The notes: generated from the sequence alone by a model not told the origin. Positions 40,866-51,300 are shown, counted from the stretch's first letter. The stretch is DNA of 60,368 nt from an uncultured archaeon (GCA_964347045.1 CAYFXC010000006.1:40047-100414), one strand, 5' to 3'. Numbers and translations: made by a program.

Positions 40866-41786
40866 GTGGACATCATTGACAAAGGCATTCTTAATGCGCT
40901 CCAGAAGAATTGCCGAGTTTCGTATGAAGTTATTGCAAAAAATCAGGGAATATCAGCCAACGCGATCAAACGACGGGTGGTGCGATTACAGAAATCAGGT
41001 GTTATAAATCGATATGTCGTTCGGTTGAGCTGGAGCATGGTAGGAGCGCACCCTCTGGTTATTATAGTGTATTCAAACAGATCTTATGATGACGATGAAT
41101 TCATGGAGCAAATTGGTTCTCATCCTCTAGTTCATAGGGTACAATTTGATTCATGGGGATCAGCCGTGTTGAGGGCTAGCTACCGAGATGGAAGCGATAT
41201 TCTTCAACTTAGCGATTTTCTTCAATCTATTGAAGGGGTGAATGAACTTGAAATACACCCGGTGCCTTGGAAACGAGGAGAACACACCACTCTGTCGAAC
41301 CTACAGCTGAAGGTTTTAGCTCAAATAACGAAGAATGCCCGGATGCCGATTTCTCGCATCGCGTCGGAGTCAAAATTAACCGCAAAACGTGTTCGGAATA
41401 TTCTCTTGCAACTCTATGAAAGTCAGAGTGTATTGTTCACTACAGATATCGATCTTTCTGTAGGTGATGGCAACATGATTTCTTTTCGAATTTCTTATCA
41501 ACCAAAAATTATCAAACCTAAAGATGTCATGAATCCCCTTAAAGAAGAATATAAAACCGAATTCTGGAGAGGATGGTATTCTTCATCTCAAAACTTGATG
41601 TGGGTTGATTTTGTGATAGATAATGTGCGTGATGCAGAACCCATTTCAAAACGTATTCGAATGATGCCTGGTTTGAAAATAGAGAACACTATTGTGCCCT
41701 ATCCCATTCGATGGTTTAATGGGTATCGAGAAACCCGAATGACGGAGATACTGCGCGAAGCAGGTTTACTCAAATCCTCAAAATAA
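40866..41786 (+). CDS. Tandem Lrp/AsnC-type winged-helix regulator
   Basis: Two units: D..IL..LQ.NCR.SY..IA and L.VL..I.KNARMPIS.IA. Confidence 0.85.
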   Translation: MDIIDKGILNALQKNCRVSYEVIAKNQGISANAIKRRVVRLQKSGVINRYVVRLSWSMVGAHPLVIIVYSNRSYDDDEFMEQIGSHPLVHRVQFDSWGSAVLRASYRDGSDILQLSDFLQSIEGVNELEIHPVPWKRGEHTTLSNLQLKVLAQITKNARMPISRIASESKLTAKRVRNILLQLYESQSVLFTTDIDLSVGDGNMISFRISYQPKIIKPKDVMNPLKEEYKTEFWRGWYSSSQNLMWVDFVIDNVRDAEPISKRIRMMPGLKIENTIVPYPIRWFNGYRETRMTEILREAGLLKSSK

Positions 41787-41791
41787 GCATC

Positions 41792-41887
41792 ATTAGCCAG
41801 AATCCTTCTTCTTCATCTTCTTCTTAGAAAAATAGAATTATTTTGTTCTTTCCTATAACGAAAAACAAGAAGAAGGATTGGTTGATT
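41792..41887 (+). other. Long intergenic hairpin (13-bp perfect inverted repeat)
   Basis: AATCCTTCTTCTT (41801-41813) / AAGAAGAAGGATT (41867-41879) with nested inner stem. Confidence 0.65.
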
Positions 41888-41956
41888 AATGAGTTAGATT
41901 TATGCCCGCGGTTAAAATCCGGTTTTAGTAGTTTGAAATAAATTGGTGGAAAATTC

Positions 41957-42457
41957 TTGACATTAGTTGATGTTTTGTTAAGTCGAAGAAGCATTAGAGA
42001 TTATGATAAGAAAGATATTCCCAAAGACGTGTTAGATCAAATTCTTGAGGCTGGTCGATTGGCTCCTTCGGCGGCCAATAAACAGCCGTGGCACTTTATC
42101 GTTGTGACGGATGAGGAAATTAAGAGAGAATTGTCGAAAGGGTTGTTTAGCCGATTCATTAAGGATGCTCCAGTGACAATTGTTGGGTGTGCACATAAGG
42201 ATCGGATTGCAGGAAGATGGTCTATAATTAGCACGACAATTGCCTTGCAAAACATGGTAATAGCTGCCTGGGCATTAGGAGTGGGATCCTGCTGGATTGG
42301 AGCCGTTAGTGAAGAAAAGGTCCGAAAATTACTTGACATTCCTGATAACTATAATGTTGTTGCTCTCATTCCATTTGGATATCCTGCAAAAACTCCTGGA
42401 CCTAAAAGAAAGAAGTCACTTGAGAAAATCACGAGTTTCAATAAGTTCTCGAAATGA
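41957..42457 (+). CDS. Nitroreductase family protein
   Basis: RRSIRDY, APSAANKQPWHF, GVGSCWIG, GYP. Confidence 0.93.
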   Translation: MTLVDVLLSRRSIRDYDKKDIPKDVLDQILEAGRLAPSAANKQPWHFIVVTDEEIKRELSKGLFSRFIKDAPVTIVGCAHKDRIAGRWSIISTTIALQNMVIAAWALGVGSCWIGAVSEEKVRKLLDIPDNYNVVALIPFGYPAKTPGPKRKKSLEKITSFNKFSK

Positions 42458-42524
42458 ATAGCAACTGAATCAGTGCTGTTGCAGGAGTAGTCTGTAATGA
42501 AAACCCCTACTGTCTATCATTACT

Positions 42525-42568
42525 TTGTTCAGTAATATTAGAACTATTGTTCAATTTTTACGAAACAA
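42525..42568. promoter_or_regulatory. Two tandem 22-bp imperfect palindromes (TTGTTC-N10-GAACAA consensus)
   Basis: TTGTTC-AGTAATATTA-GAACTA and TTGTTC-AATTTTTACG-AAACAA upstream of ArsR-GyrI gene. Confidence 0.6.
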
Positions 42569-42612
42569 ATAAAAGGGAATATCATACTCTTCTAGCTTGC
42601 TGGGATCTTCTC

Positions 42613-43500
42613 ATGAACGAGTTAGCTGTTGAAACTGCTTGGAACGTGGCGGGAAAACTTGGAAAGGACTTAGCCGTTGTGCTGGGCGCACTCGCGAATG
42701 AAAAACGGCTGCGTGTTCTTTCAGCATTGCTCGTTCGCCCTCGATTGTTTAGCGAGCTACGTGAGCTCACAGAGTTGGCAAAAACGGCGTTATCCCATCA
42801 TCTGGGGTTGTTGTTGAATGCTGATGTCATCAAGCAAACTGGTCGAGGTCGATACGAAATAACCCCTGATGGACAACAGATACTTACCGTCATTAGTTCT
42901 GCATACATTGAGTCAGCACGATATGATGAATTGAAAACGACTCAGACAAAGCGGTACATCGAGAAGATCTATGCGCTACGAAAAGAGAAGGAGATCGAAG
43001 ATTTGTTCGTACAAGTTGTTGAGCTCGAACCCATGCGCGTAGCCAGCGTTCGAGCCTTTAGTGGCTCGCCTGAAAATGATGCCTGGGAAAAAATGCGTGC
43101 ATGGGCTGAGCCCCAAGGATTATTGGATGACTTGACTAAACACCCGGTGTTCGGATTCAATAACCCGAATCCATCACCAGGTCAAAAGGAATACGGATAT
43201 GAGTTTTGGATCCGGATGGGTGCCCACTTTAAAGGTGAAAGTGAAATCGAAGCCAAGGATTATGAAGGTGGTCTGTTCGCAGTCACAACATCCAAGATCT
43301 GGGAAGAAATGCACTCAGACTTCGGGAAAGAACACGAGTATCTGGAATCGTGGAAAAAGCTCGTGGACTGGGTGATTCTTAGCAAAAAATATGAGATGGA
43401 TGAATCTCGACAGTGTCTCGAGAAACCACATGACCCGAATGCAACCTTCAAAGAAATGGTTCTGGATCTATATCAACCCATTAAGGAGGTTAAACGCTGA
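42613..43500 (+). CDS. ArsR-type HTH regulator fused to GyrI-like effector-binding domain
   Basis: LANEKRLRVL, FSEL...K.ALSHHL; LEPMRVAS, PE.DAW, FGFNNP.P, YGYEFW. Confidence 0.88.
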   Translation: MNELAVETAWNVAGKLGKDLAVVLGALANEKRLRVLSALLVRPRLFSELRELTELAKTALSHHLGLLLNADVIKQTGRGRYEITPDGQQILTVISSAYIESARYDELKTTQTKRYIEKIYALRKEKEIEDLFVQVVELEPMRVASVRAFSGSPENDAWEKMRAWAEPQGLLDDLTKHPVFGFNNPNPSPGQKEYGYEFWIRMGAHFKGESEIEAKDYEGGLFAVTTSKIWEEMHSDFGKEHEYLESWKKLVDWVILSKKYEMDESRQCLEKPHDPNATFKEMVLDLYQPIKEVKR

Positions 43501-44039
43501 TGGTCGATCTATCACAAATCCGATTTGCAGAAGCAACGAAAAACGATATTCCTGCAATGACTGAAGTGATGACACGAAGTTTTAATGATGATTCAAAACG
43601 ATTTAGAGGAGAACCGGAAGGGGGACCAAATGGATACAACAATGGAGATTTCTTCCGACAATGGATGGATCCTGGAGATTGCTTTAAAATAATGCTCGGT
43701 GAAAAAATAATCGGAGCATTCATCGTTTTCAAGGACTATCCTCAAAAAGGCTCGAATGTTCTAGGAACAATTTTCCTTGATCCGGAGTACCAGAATCAGG
43801 GAATCGGGACATTTGTCATGAATCATGTGCACCAAACATATCCCGCGAACCATTGGATCCTTGATACCCCCGAATGGCAAACTCGAAATCATCACTTCTA
43901 TGAGAAACTCGGTTATAGGAAGGTTGGCGAACAAAAAGAGCCCCATGCGGGATTTACGCTGCGTATTTATCAGAAAGATATGAGTGGGTCCGCAAAGGGT
44001 GGTGGAAAGCGTACTTTTTTCCGATGTCTAATAATATAG
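43500..44039 (+). CDS. GNAT family N-acetyltransferase
   Basis: IFLDPEYQNQGIG, LDTP.W..RNHHFYEKLGY. Confidence 0.92.
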   Translation: MVDLSQIRFAEATKNDIPAMTEVMTRSFNDDSKRFRGEPEGGPNGYNNGDFFRQWMDPGDCFKIMLGEKIIGAFIVFKDYPQKGSNVLGTIFLDPEYQNQGIGTFVMNHVHQTYPANHWILDTPEWQTRNHHFYEKLGYRKVGEQKEPHAGFTLRIYQKDMSGSAKGGGKRTFFRCLII

Positions 44040-44239
44040 TAGAATCACTTTGCCACCAGACTCTCTGATTATATAGGAGAGCCGCCTAGTGATTAGGGAG
44101 TCATCAATTGGCGGTATAGCTGGTCTGAAGGCGTTTCAAACCTATGGTAAAACGTTGGATAAAAAATATGGAAAACCGGCATTTCGATATTTTGCTGATA
44201 TCGATATGCGGCTATTAGCTGAAACTTAGCTAGAAATTT

Positions 44240-45571
44240 TCACTTCATTGCGGCTCGAAGAGCCTGTAGAGCCGTTTTTTCAGCCTTATAAACTTCATGG
44301 AATCGAACACTCAATTCTTCAAGAAGAGCCAACAGTTCACGATCTGAGAGCGATTGTTTCTCTATGAATTCTTTTCTATTTGTTTGAATCCGTCTACCTA
44401 ATACCTCAAGGGTTTTTAATGCTGAACTCCCATGAACCTTGAAGGTATTGTGCCATTCAAGTGCGGCTTGGCGAGCATCTAGCAATTCGGGAATATTATC
44501 ATGAAGCGCAGTTGTGCCAATTTCATCCCACATGATGCCAATATCAGAAAATTGTTGGGCAATCGTTCTAAGATCAGGTTTATTTATAATATTACTTGCC
44601 TCTTCGAGGAAATCGGCATAGGAGGAACGAAGAGCACCACCATCACTATTGTAGAATGCAATTTGAGCATGGAGACGACAAAGAGTATCAAATAGTTGCC
44701 ACGGTTCATTGAAGAGAGTGAGCCATCCACGCTTACTTTGGAAATCACCGATACTCTTTGCCATGGCTAACCAAGCCTCAACGCGTAGGTGTGCACCAGA
44801 TACTACAGCTTTGTCGTGAAGGAGACTTGATATACAGTCATTGATTCCAAGACGGATGGCTTTGTTTAAATCTGGTACATTTTTCGGAAATCCAATGGTG
44901 TAGGCAGCGTTTTTCCAACCTTTGATTATACTTCGCGAATCAGTTAGTTGCGGAATAGTAATGGTATGGGGTTGATTACTGAAATCAGTTAAGTAGACCT
45001 GATTATTGTCTTCATCAATTCCGTAAACAGTGGCTAGATGTCCTGAAATCCATGAATAGGGCAAGGAAAAGTAGGGGAGAAACGAGACAAATTCGTCGTA
45101 TAGTAAGGGCGGATAGAAGTCAGGATTTTGATGAAACCGGTCATTTACTTCTTGGCGTGAACTAAGGCTATGCCAAATTGAAAGTTGAGTTATCACAGGC
45201 TTCCCTGTTTGAAGTGATTCGCGGAGGAATTGGTCTGCGCGTTCCCGGCTCGTGGTTTCGTTCTTGGTGAGAGGAACAGCAATCCGAGTAGTTATTTTTC
45301 GTAAGAGTGCATCTTCGTTCTTTTCAAGGTAGTTCTTTACATGGTGATACCGTAGATAGAGCTGATATTTTCTTGGACGAGAGTCATCAATACCTTTGAA
45401 AGCCCAGGTGGCATACTCAGCACCTAATCCACCTCCAATACCCATAAGCAAAGCTTCGGTGTACGGTTCACCACTGTGAGGTGAGACAATGTTGTAAAAG
45501 TCTAGGATGCCCCTGACTGCACCCGTAACACGTTCAGTACACCCAAAATGGTGAAACCCGTCGATTAACAT
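44240..45571 (-). CDS. BtrH N-terminal / DUF4872 protein
   Basis: PHSGEPYTEALLMGIGGGLG, LPY, GHLATVYGID, GGALR..YADFL.EA. Confidence 0.82.
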   Translation of the reverse strand: MLIDGFHHFGCTERVTGAVRGILDFYNIVSPHSGEPYTEALLMGIGGGLGAEYATWAFKGIDDSRPRKYQLYLRYHHVKNYLEKNEDALLRKITTRIAVPLTKNETTSRERADQFLRESLQTGKPVITQLSIWHSLSSRQEVNDRFHQNPDFYPPLLYDEFVSFLPYFSLPYSWISGHLATVYGIDEDNNQVYLTDFSNQPHTITIPQLTDSRSIIKGWKNAAYTIGFPKNVPDLNKAIRLGINDCISSLLHDKAVVSGAHLRVEAWLAMAKSIGDFQSKRGWLTLFNEPWQLFDTLCRLHAQIAFYNSDGGALRSSYADFLEEASNIINKPDLRTIAQQFSDIGIMWDEIGTTALHDNIPELLDARQAALEWHNTFKVHGSSALKTLEVLGRRIQTNRKEFIEKQSLSDRELLALLEELSVRFHEVYKAEKTALQALRAAMK

Positions 45572-45656
45572 AACAAATAGGGATATTGAGGATTGTCGTA
45601 GAAAAGCATGATGGGCAAGTCATTGAAAAAGTGATAAAACAAAAAATCAAGTGTCT

Positions 45657-45700
45657 AAAAAAACAGAGTTAGAGGCTAGAAGGAAACCTTCTAGCCCTCT
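45657..45700 (-). terminator. Stem-loop terminator of the 45718-46164 gene
   Basis: GGCTAGAAGG-AAA-CCTTCTAGCC, with T-tract on minus strand. Confidence 0.75.
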
Positions 45701-45717
45701 ACTTGGACTGTGAATGA

Positions 45718-46164
45718 TTACTTGTTTTGTTTGTAAAGACTTTCAACAAAGGGTCCAAAACCCTTCTTTCGTGCTTCAAAGTCTTTTTTCTCTTCACCCT
45801 GATCTTTGCACCGTTCGGCTTTGAAGAACCATTCAAGTTTCTTCTTTGGATTATCAGGGAGGGTGTGCTTGACTTGGATTTTGTCTTTGTAGTTGTTGAA
45901 TTTATCGATATTAGCCCAAGGAATGAACCCTGCGAGTGCACCAGCAGCCATAGAAACAAAGCTGACTTCAAAGATTCCGGTTTTAGCGGCATGAAAGGCG
46001 ATACCTTGATCAGTAACCACAACATAGCCGGATTTTTTGTGAGCACCCATTCCACGCTTAAGTACTTCAGCACGGGTCGTATAAAGAACGCTCGCACTTT
46101 CTGGGATGAGTTGCTGAAATCCAGGATCTAGTTGATCTACTGGAATGTAGAGATGTTCGGACAT
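45718..46164 (-). CDS. Hypothetical protein, PH-like fold suspected
   Basis: GYVVVTDQGIAF and FIPWANI beta-strand pattern, C-terminal helix. Confidence 0.6.
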   Translation of the reverse strand: MSEHLYIPVDQLDPGFQQLIPESASVLYTTRAEVLKRGMGAHKKSGYVVVTDQGIAFHAAKTGIFEVSFVSMAAGALAGFIPWANIDKFNNYKDKIQVKHTLPDNPKKKLEWFFKAERCKDQGEEKKDFEARKKGFGPFVESLYKQNK

Positions 46165-46374
46165 ATTGATATCCCCATTCGCCACATTTCTATGATGGTA
46201 TTTAAGACGTCAGTCCTGTTTTAGAAAAGCTTCTAAGATATTGAGGTTCTCGTAATTAAATAAAAGTGCCATATTACTTTTAGCCTGGTCTGTGTTCGAT
46301 TTTATACGCCTAAAGAGATTGATTAGGCACTGGAAAATTCAAGTATTTAGTCATCCTATACAGGGGAGATAGTC

Positions 46375-49300
46375 ATGGATATCCGGGTCAAGGGTGCACA
46401 TGAACATAACCTCAAGGATATTGATGTCCAATTTCGTGATGGACTCACTGTAGTCACAGGTGTTTCTGGTTCTGGTAAAACATCCTTAGTCTTTGACACG
46501 GTATATCATGAAGCTCATCGACGGTTTTTGGATATCTTCTTGTATGGTCGCGGTGGACAACGCTTAGCTCCTGCAAAAGTAGAAACAATTACTGGGCTTG
46601 GCCCCACGATTGCTGTTGGACAAAATTTACTAAATCGAAACCCAGCATCAATCTTAGCAACGGCATCAGGGCTTCATCCGTTCTTTCGGCTACTTTATAC
46701 GAATTATGGAGTGCGCCATTGCTTGTATTGCGGTGAACCATTAGCTGTGTTGACAGAAGATGAAATCATTGAGCAATTATCAACACTAGCCAAAATGGAA
46801 CCTTTGGAAGTATTCGCACCTTTGGTCCAAGGCGTATATGGAAGCCACAAAACACTCTTAAATTTATTAAATAACCAGTTTGAACAAAGCCAAATCATCA
46901 TAGACAACAGAAAATGGGATGATAAAAAACTCGAAGCATCTCAACCTCATTCAATTGTAATAAAAATGGGCACCATTGATTCAACGAAATCGACTAAACA
47001 AGTGCGTGAGCTCATCAAAAGGGCGAACGCGTTAGGAGCCGGATCCATTCGAGCACATAGTAAAGAACGCAGTATCACGTTGGCAACTACACAAATTTGT
47101 AATGTATGCGGGAAAGGCTTCCGTGAATTACGGTCACCATATTTCAATCAATCGTGTCCATATTGTAAGGGAAAAGGATGTGATAGGTGTGACAATACCG
47201 GAATGCACCCTCAAGCTGCTTCCGTGCGGTGGGAGGAAATGCGACTCCCTGAACTCCTATCACTCTCTGTAGAAGAGGCATCATTATTATTCTCAAAAGT
47301 AACCCTACCATCTTCAGCCACACGATTAAGTTATGAAATTCAAAGGCGACTAAGTGCTTTAGAACGAGTCGGACTTGGATATCTTCATTTGAATCGCTCT
47401 GCGCCTACACTCTCTCGAGGAGAATCCCAACGGGTTCGATTAGCTATCTCTCTTTCGAGTAGATTAGAAGATATTTTACATGTGTTAGATGAACCGACGA
47501 TAGGACAACACCCAGCAGATGTTGCCCATTTTCTCCCAGCATTTCGAGATCTTGCAGGTCCAGTCATTTTCGTGGAGCACGATCGTGTTGCTGCTGCATC
47601 GGCAGATATGGCTATCGATTTGGGTCCTGGAGCGGGAAAAGATGGTGGAAAAGTAGTATTTGCTGGGTCACCGAAAGAACTCTGGAAACAGAAATCAGCT
47701 ACGGGTCGATATTTCAGTCTTCAGGATCGAGTTATGAGACCAGAATTGCGTCCACCACCTGTGTCATTTCTTAGCATCACTAAAGCCAATCAGCATAATC
47801 TCAAAAACATTGATGTTAAAATTCCGATCGGACGAATGACTGTAATCACTGGCGTCTCTGGCTCGGGTAAAAGCACTCTTGTCGAATATGTCCTGGTTCC
47901 TTCGCTAACTAAGAATGAAGCCATTGGATGTAAAAGCATTGATAGTCCAACAATCAAACCAATCTTGGTTGACCAGAGCCCCATTGGTCGGAATCCAAGG
48001 TCCAATCCGGCAACATATACGAAATTATCTGAAATCATTCGGGATTTGTTTGCAGAAACAACAGGATTATCAAAATCACATTTTTCCTTCAATCGCCCGG
48101 AAGGCGCCTGTCCCACTTGTAAGGGCATTGGGGCTAGCGAAATCAAAATGCAATATCTGCCTTCAATTTGGTTGCCCTGTTCGGATTGTGATGGACAACG
48201 TTTCAGTCCGGAAATTCTATCTGCTAAAGTGGATTTCAATGGTGAACAGCTGTCTATTGCTGATTTCTACGCTCTCCCGATTGCTGAAGTTGGAGAACGA
48301 CTCGAACAATCTGAATACATAACCTCTACTCGCCGCCAATCTGCACATCGAATGCTTAAAGCCCTAAACGATGTGGGACTCGGATATCTTGAGCTTGGAC
48401 AACCATCTCCAACCCTTTCAGGGGGAGAAGCTCAACGAGTGAAATTAACTAAATTCTTGGGTCGTAATAGATTGGCCAATCAGTTAATTGTCCTTGATGA
48501 ACCATCCACGGGTCTCCATCCTCAAGATCTTGATGGTTTGATTACTGTTTTAGACCGCTTAGTACGGCATGGCGCCACCATTCTTGTTGTTGAACATAAT
48601 ACAGATTTCATCCGAGCCGCTGACTGGATCATTGACTTAGGTCCAGGGGCTGGGCCAAAAGGTGGCAAAGTCCTCTTTGCTGGTCCACCAGAGGATCTTT
48701 TTGATGTAAAATCTTCCCTTACTAGTCAAGCCCTACAAGAAGAAAAGCGGGTTAAACCGCGTCCAATTTCGAAGACCGTGGTTGACATTGAACCGGTAAT
48801 ATCCATTCGAAACGCTCGAGCAAATAATCTGAAAGGTATAGATGTAGATATCCCAAAAGGCACACTTACTGTGATCACAGGTATATCTGGATCGGGAAAA
48901 TCGAGTCTTCTGCATGATGTGCTGCAAGCCGAAGCACGACGTCGGTATCTGGAAACCCTTTCAATGTATGAGCGGCAAGGACTCCGAGAAGGTCCAGAAG
49001 CCTTGGTGGATTCCATCACTGGATTAGGCGTCACCATTACAATAGCACCACACCGTGCTCACCTATGGAGCCACATCCCACAGTTCACTCGCCGTAACAG
49101 TGTCGGTGCACTAACCGAGATTAGTTTTCATCTAGCAAACCTGCTAGCCGCAATAGGAAATTGTGTATGCCTAGATTGCGGAACTATGATGAACCGCGAA
49201 GAAGAATGGTCCTGTCCAAAATGTCATACAACAGCACCAATTGCAAAACCTCAACACTTCTCTTCAACTCATTGGACCAGTTCGTGTGATAAATGCAGTG

Positions 49301-51300
49301 GCCTAGGTGTCTTGCATATCCCTGAACCGGAAAAACTCATCGTGAAACCGGATAAACCACTCTGTGCGGGGGCTATGTGGTCACCCGGCTATTGGCCTAA
49401 AACCTATCTATGTAAAGATCAACCGATCATCCCAGAGCTAGGAAAACAGTATGGATTTGATCCCTACAAAACACCATGGAAAAAAATGTCTAAGAGAGCA
49501 CAAGATGCTTTTCTGTATGGAGATGATAGAACCTATCAATTTACATATATCAGCAAATCAACAGGCAAGTTGAAAGGAAAGGAACGCCAAACGAAATGGA
49601 CTTGGCGAGGATTCTATCGAGAAGATAGCTGGATTTTTACCTGGGACATTCACGGGACTTACACCAAAGAAATTGTTTGCACCGAGTGTAATGGAGCAGG
49701 GCTACGCCCTGAATTCTTGGCAGTTACTCTTCAAGGGAAGAACATGTTTGAATTGAATGAGATGCCCCTCACTGAACTCGAAGATTTAGTTACAGGGCTT
49801 CCAGCCCCACCACCCGACATCCCAATGATTGATACCAGTATGCAAATTATTCGACGTCGGTTACGATTTCTACGACAGGTCGGAATCGGTTATCTTCATC
49901 TAAACCGTCCAACAGGAACGCTCTCAGCAGGTGAAGCCCAACGAATACAGCTTGCTAGCTTACTCGGAAGTAGATTGACTTCTTTAACGATTCTCGTTGA
50001 TGAGCCTTCACGGGGGATGCATCCCACAGAACTTGAAGCGCTTATTGAAGCACTTCAGGAACTACGTGAAGAGGGTAATACTGTTATTGTTGTGGAACAC
50101 GATCTTCTGTTCATTCGGGCTGCGGATCACGTCATTGACTTAGGTCCTCAGGCAGGGACCTTGGGTGGTGAGCTTGTTGCAGAAGGAAAGCCTACGGATA
50201 TCGTTAAAGCAAACACAATAACTGGGAAATGGTTGGAAAAACAAAGGAAGAAAGTGTCGTTGATGGAAGGGGGGCTAGATCAATGGATGGATTCTACAAA
50301 TCGACGCACACCCAAAGGATGGATTATCGTTAAAGGTGCACGTGCCAACAACTTGAAAGGAGAAGAGGTGCGAATTCCGCTAGTAAACCTAGTTGGGATT
50401 TGTGGCATATCCGGTTCAGGAAAAAGTACACTCCTTATTGACACTGTTGGACGAGCACTGGTCAAAAAACTACACTCCTCATCATTTGCCCGAGAACCCC
50501 TTGAGCCCGGACCATTTGATTCAATTACCAATAACCCGACACGGACCTTCATTGTAGATCAGTCAAGACGAGGAATTCAGAGCCCGGCAAGCTTTCTGAA
50601 TCTGTTCCGACCTATGATCAAACTCTTTCTAGATAGTGATGATGCACAAGCTTTAGGATTTGGAGAAAAAGAACTCACCCAAGGTTGCTCCGTCTGTAGG
50701 GGCCGCGGCTACTTGCGATTGGACATGGGATTTCTCCCCAATGAACTTGTGGAATGTGAAACATGTAGGGGAACGGGATATCGACCGGAAGCATGGGAAG
50801 TCAAGGTTCATGGTGTCGCTCTACCTGATATCAACCGAATGACACTCGATGAGATTCATAAACTCTTTCGAAATGAGCCCAGCATTACGACACCTCTTAG
50901 AATCGTGCGAGAGGTTGGATTAGGATATCTCGTTTGGCAACAACGAACCTATTCGCTTTCTGGTGGTGAAGTGCAACGGTTGAAAATTGCCAAAGAACTT
51001 CTAAAAAAGGCTAAGGAACCAACACTCTACATACTTGATGAACCCACTGTTGGACTCCACATGGAAGATGTAGCACGACTCATCTCAGTACTCAATAAGC
51101 TTGTAGATGCAGGACACACAGTTGTGATAGTCGAACACCATCCCCATATGCTAGCTTCGTGTGATTGGATTATCGAACTTGGACCGCGCGGAGGACCAGA
51201 GGGAGGAAAAGTAATCGCAACAGGCACACCGGAAGATATTGCTAAGAAGAACACGCCGACAGCACCATATCTTAGTGAGATTTTGGAGGTGAAATCATGA
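46375..51300 (+). CDS. uvrA: Double-length UvrA-family ABC ATPase (four NBDs)
   Basis: GA.E/ANNLK, four Walker A ([24 protein letters not shown] x2), LSxGE.QR x4, DEP x4, DQSPIGRNPRSNPATY, CxxC Zn sites. Confidence 0.9.
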   Translation: MDIRVKGAHEHNLKDIDVQFRDGLTVVTGVSGSGKTSLVFDTVYHEAHRRFLDIFLYGRGGQRLAPAKVETITGLGPTIAVGQNLLNRNPASILATASGLHPFFRLLYTNYGVRHCLYCGEPLAVLTEDEIIEQLSTLAKMEPLEVFAPLVQGVYGSHKTLLNLLNNQFEQSQIIIDNRKWDDKKLEASQPHSIVIKMGTIDSTKSTKQVRELIKRANALGAGSIRAHSKERSITLATTQICNVCGKGFRELRSPYFNQSCPYCKGKGCDRCDNTGMHPQAASVRWEEMRLPELLSLSVEEASLLFSKVTLPSSATRLSYEIQRRLSALERVGLGYLHLNRSAPTLSRGESQRVRLAISLSSRLEDILHVLDEPTIGQHPADVAHFLPAFRDLAGPVIFVEHDRVAAASADMAIDLGPGAGKDGGKVVFAGSPKELWKQKSATGRYFSLQDRVMRPELRPPPVSFLSITKANQHNLKNIDVKIPIGRMTVITGVSGSGKSTLVEYVLVPSLTKNEAIGCKSIDSPTIKPILVDQSPIGRNPRSNPATYTKLSEIIRDLFAETTGLSKSHFSFNRPEGACPTCKGIGASEIKMQYLPSIWLPCSDCDGQRFSPEILSAKVDFNGEQLSIADFYALPIAEVGERLEQSEYITSTRRQSAHRMLKALNDVGLGYLELGQPSPTLSGGEAQRVKLTKFLGRNRLANQLIVLDEPSTGLHPQDLDGLITVLDRLVRHGATILVVEHNTDFIRAADWIIDLGPGAGPKGGKVLFAGPPEDLFDVKSSLTSQALQEEKRVKPRPISKTVVDIEPVISIRNARANNLKGIDVDIPKGTLTVITGISGSGKSSLLHDVLQAEARRRYLETLSMYERQGLREGPEALVDSITGLGVTITIAPHRAHLWSHIPQFTRRNSVGALTEISFHLANLLAAIGNCVCLDCGTMMNREEEWSCPKCHTTAPIAKPQHFSSTHWTSSCDKCSGLGVLHIPEPEKLIVKPDKPLCAGAMWSPGYWPKTYLCKDQPIIPELGKQYGFDPYKTPWKKMSKRAQDAFLYGDDRTYQFTYISKSTGKLKGKERQTKWTWRGFYREDSWIFTWDIHGTYTKEIVCTECNGAGLRPEFLAVTLQGKNMFELNEMPLTELEDLVTGLPAPPPDIPMIDTSMQIIRRRLRFLRQVGIGYLHLNRPTGTLSAGEAQRIQLASLLGSRLTSLTILVDEPSRGMHPTELEALIEALQELREEGNTVIVVEHDLLFIRAADHVIDLGPQAGTLGGELVAEGKPTDIVKANTITGKWLEKQRKKVSLMEGGLDQWMDSTNRRTPKGWIIVKGARANNLKGEEVRIPLVNLVGICGISGSGKSTLLIDTVGRALVKKLHSSSFAREPLEPGPFDSITNNPTRTFIVDQSRRGIQSPASFLNLFRPMIKLFLDSDDAQALGFGEKELTQGCSVCRGRGYLRLDMGFLPNELVECETCRGTGYRPEAWEVKVHGVALPDINRMTLDEIHKLFRNEPSITTPLRIVREVGLGYLVWQQRTYSLSGGEVQRLKIAKELLKKAKEPTLYILDEPTVGLHMEDVARLISVLNKLVDAGHTVVIVEHHPHMLASCDWIIELGPRGGPEGGKVIATGTPEDIAKKNTPTAPYLSEILEVKS

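Noticed and set aside
45699-46131. Alternative overlapping ORFs (132 aa minus, 134 aa plus) and the many other short shadow ORFs in the track
   Set aside because: They overlap better-supported genes and lack motifs or RBS
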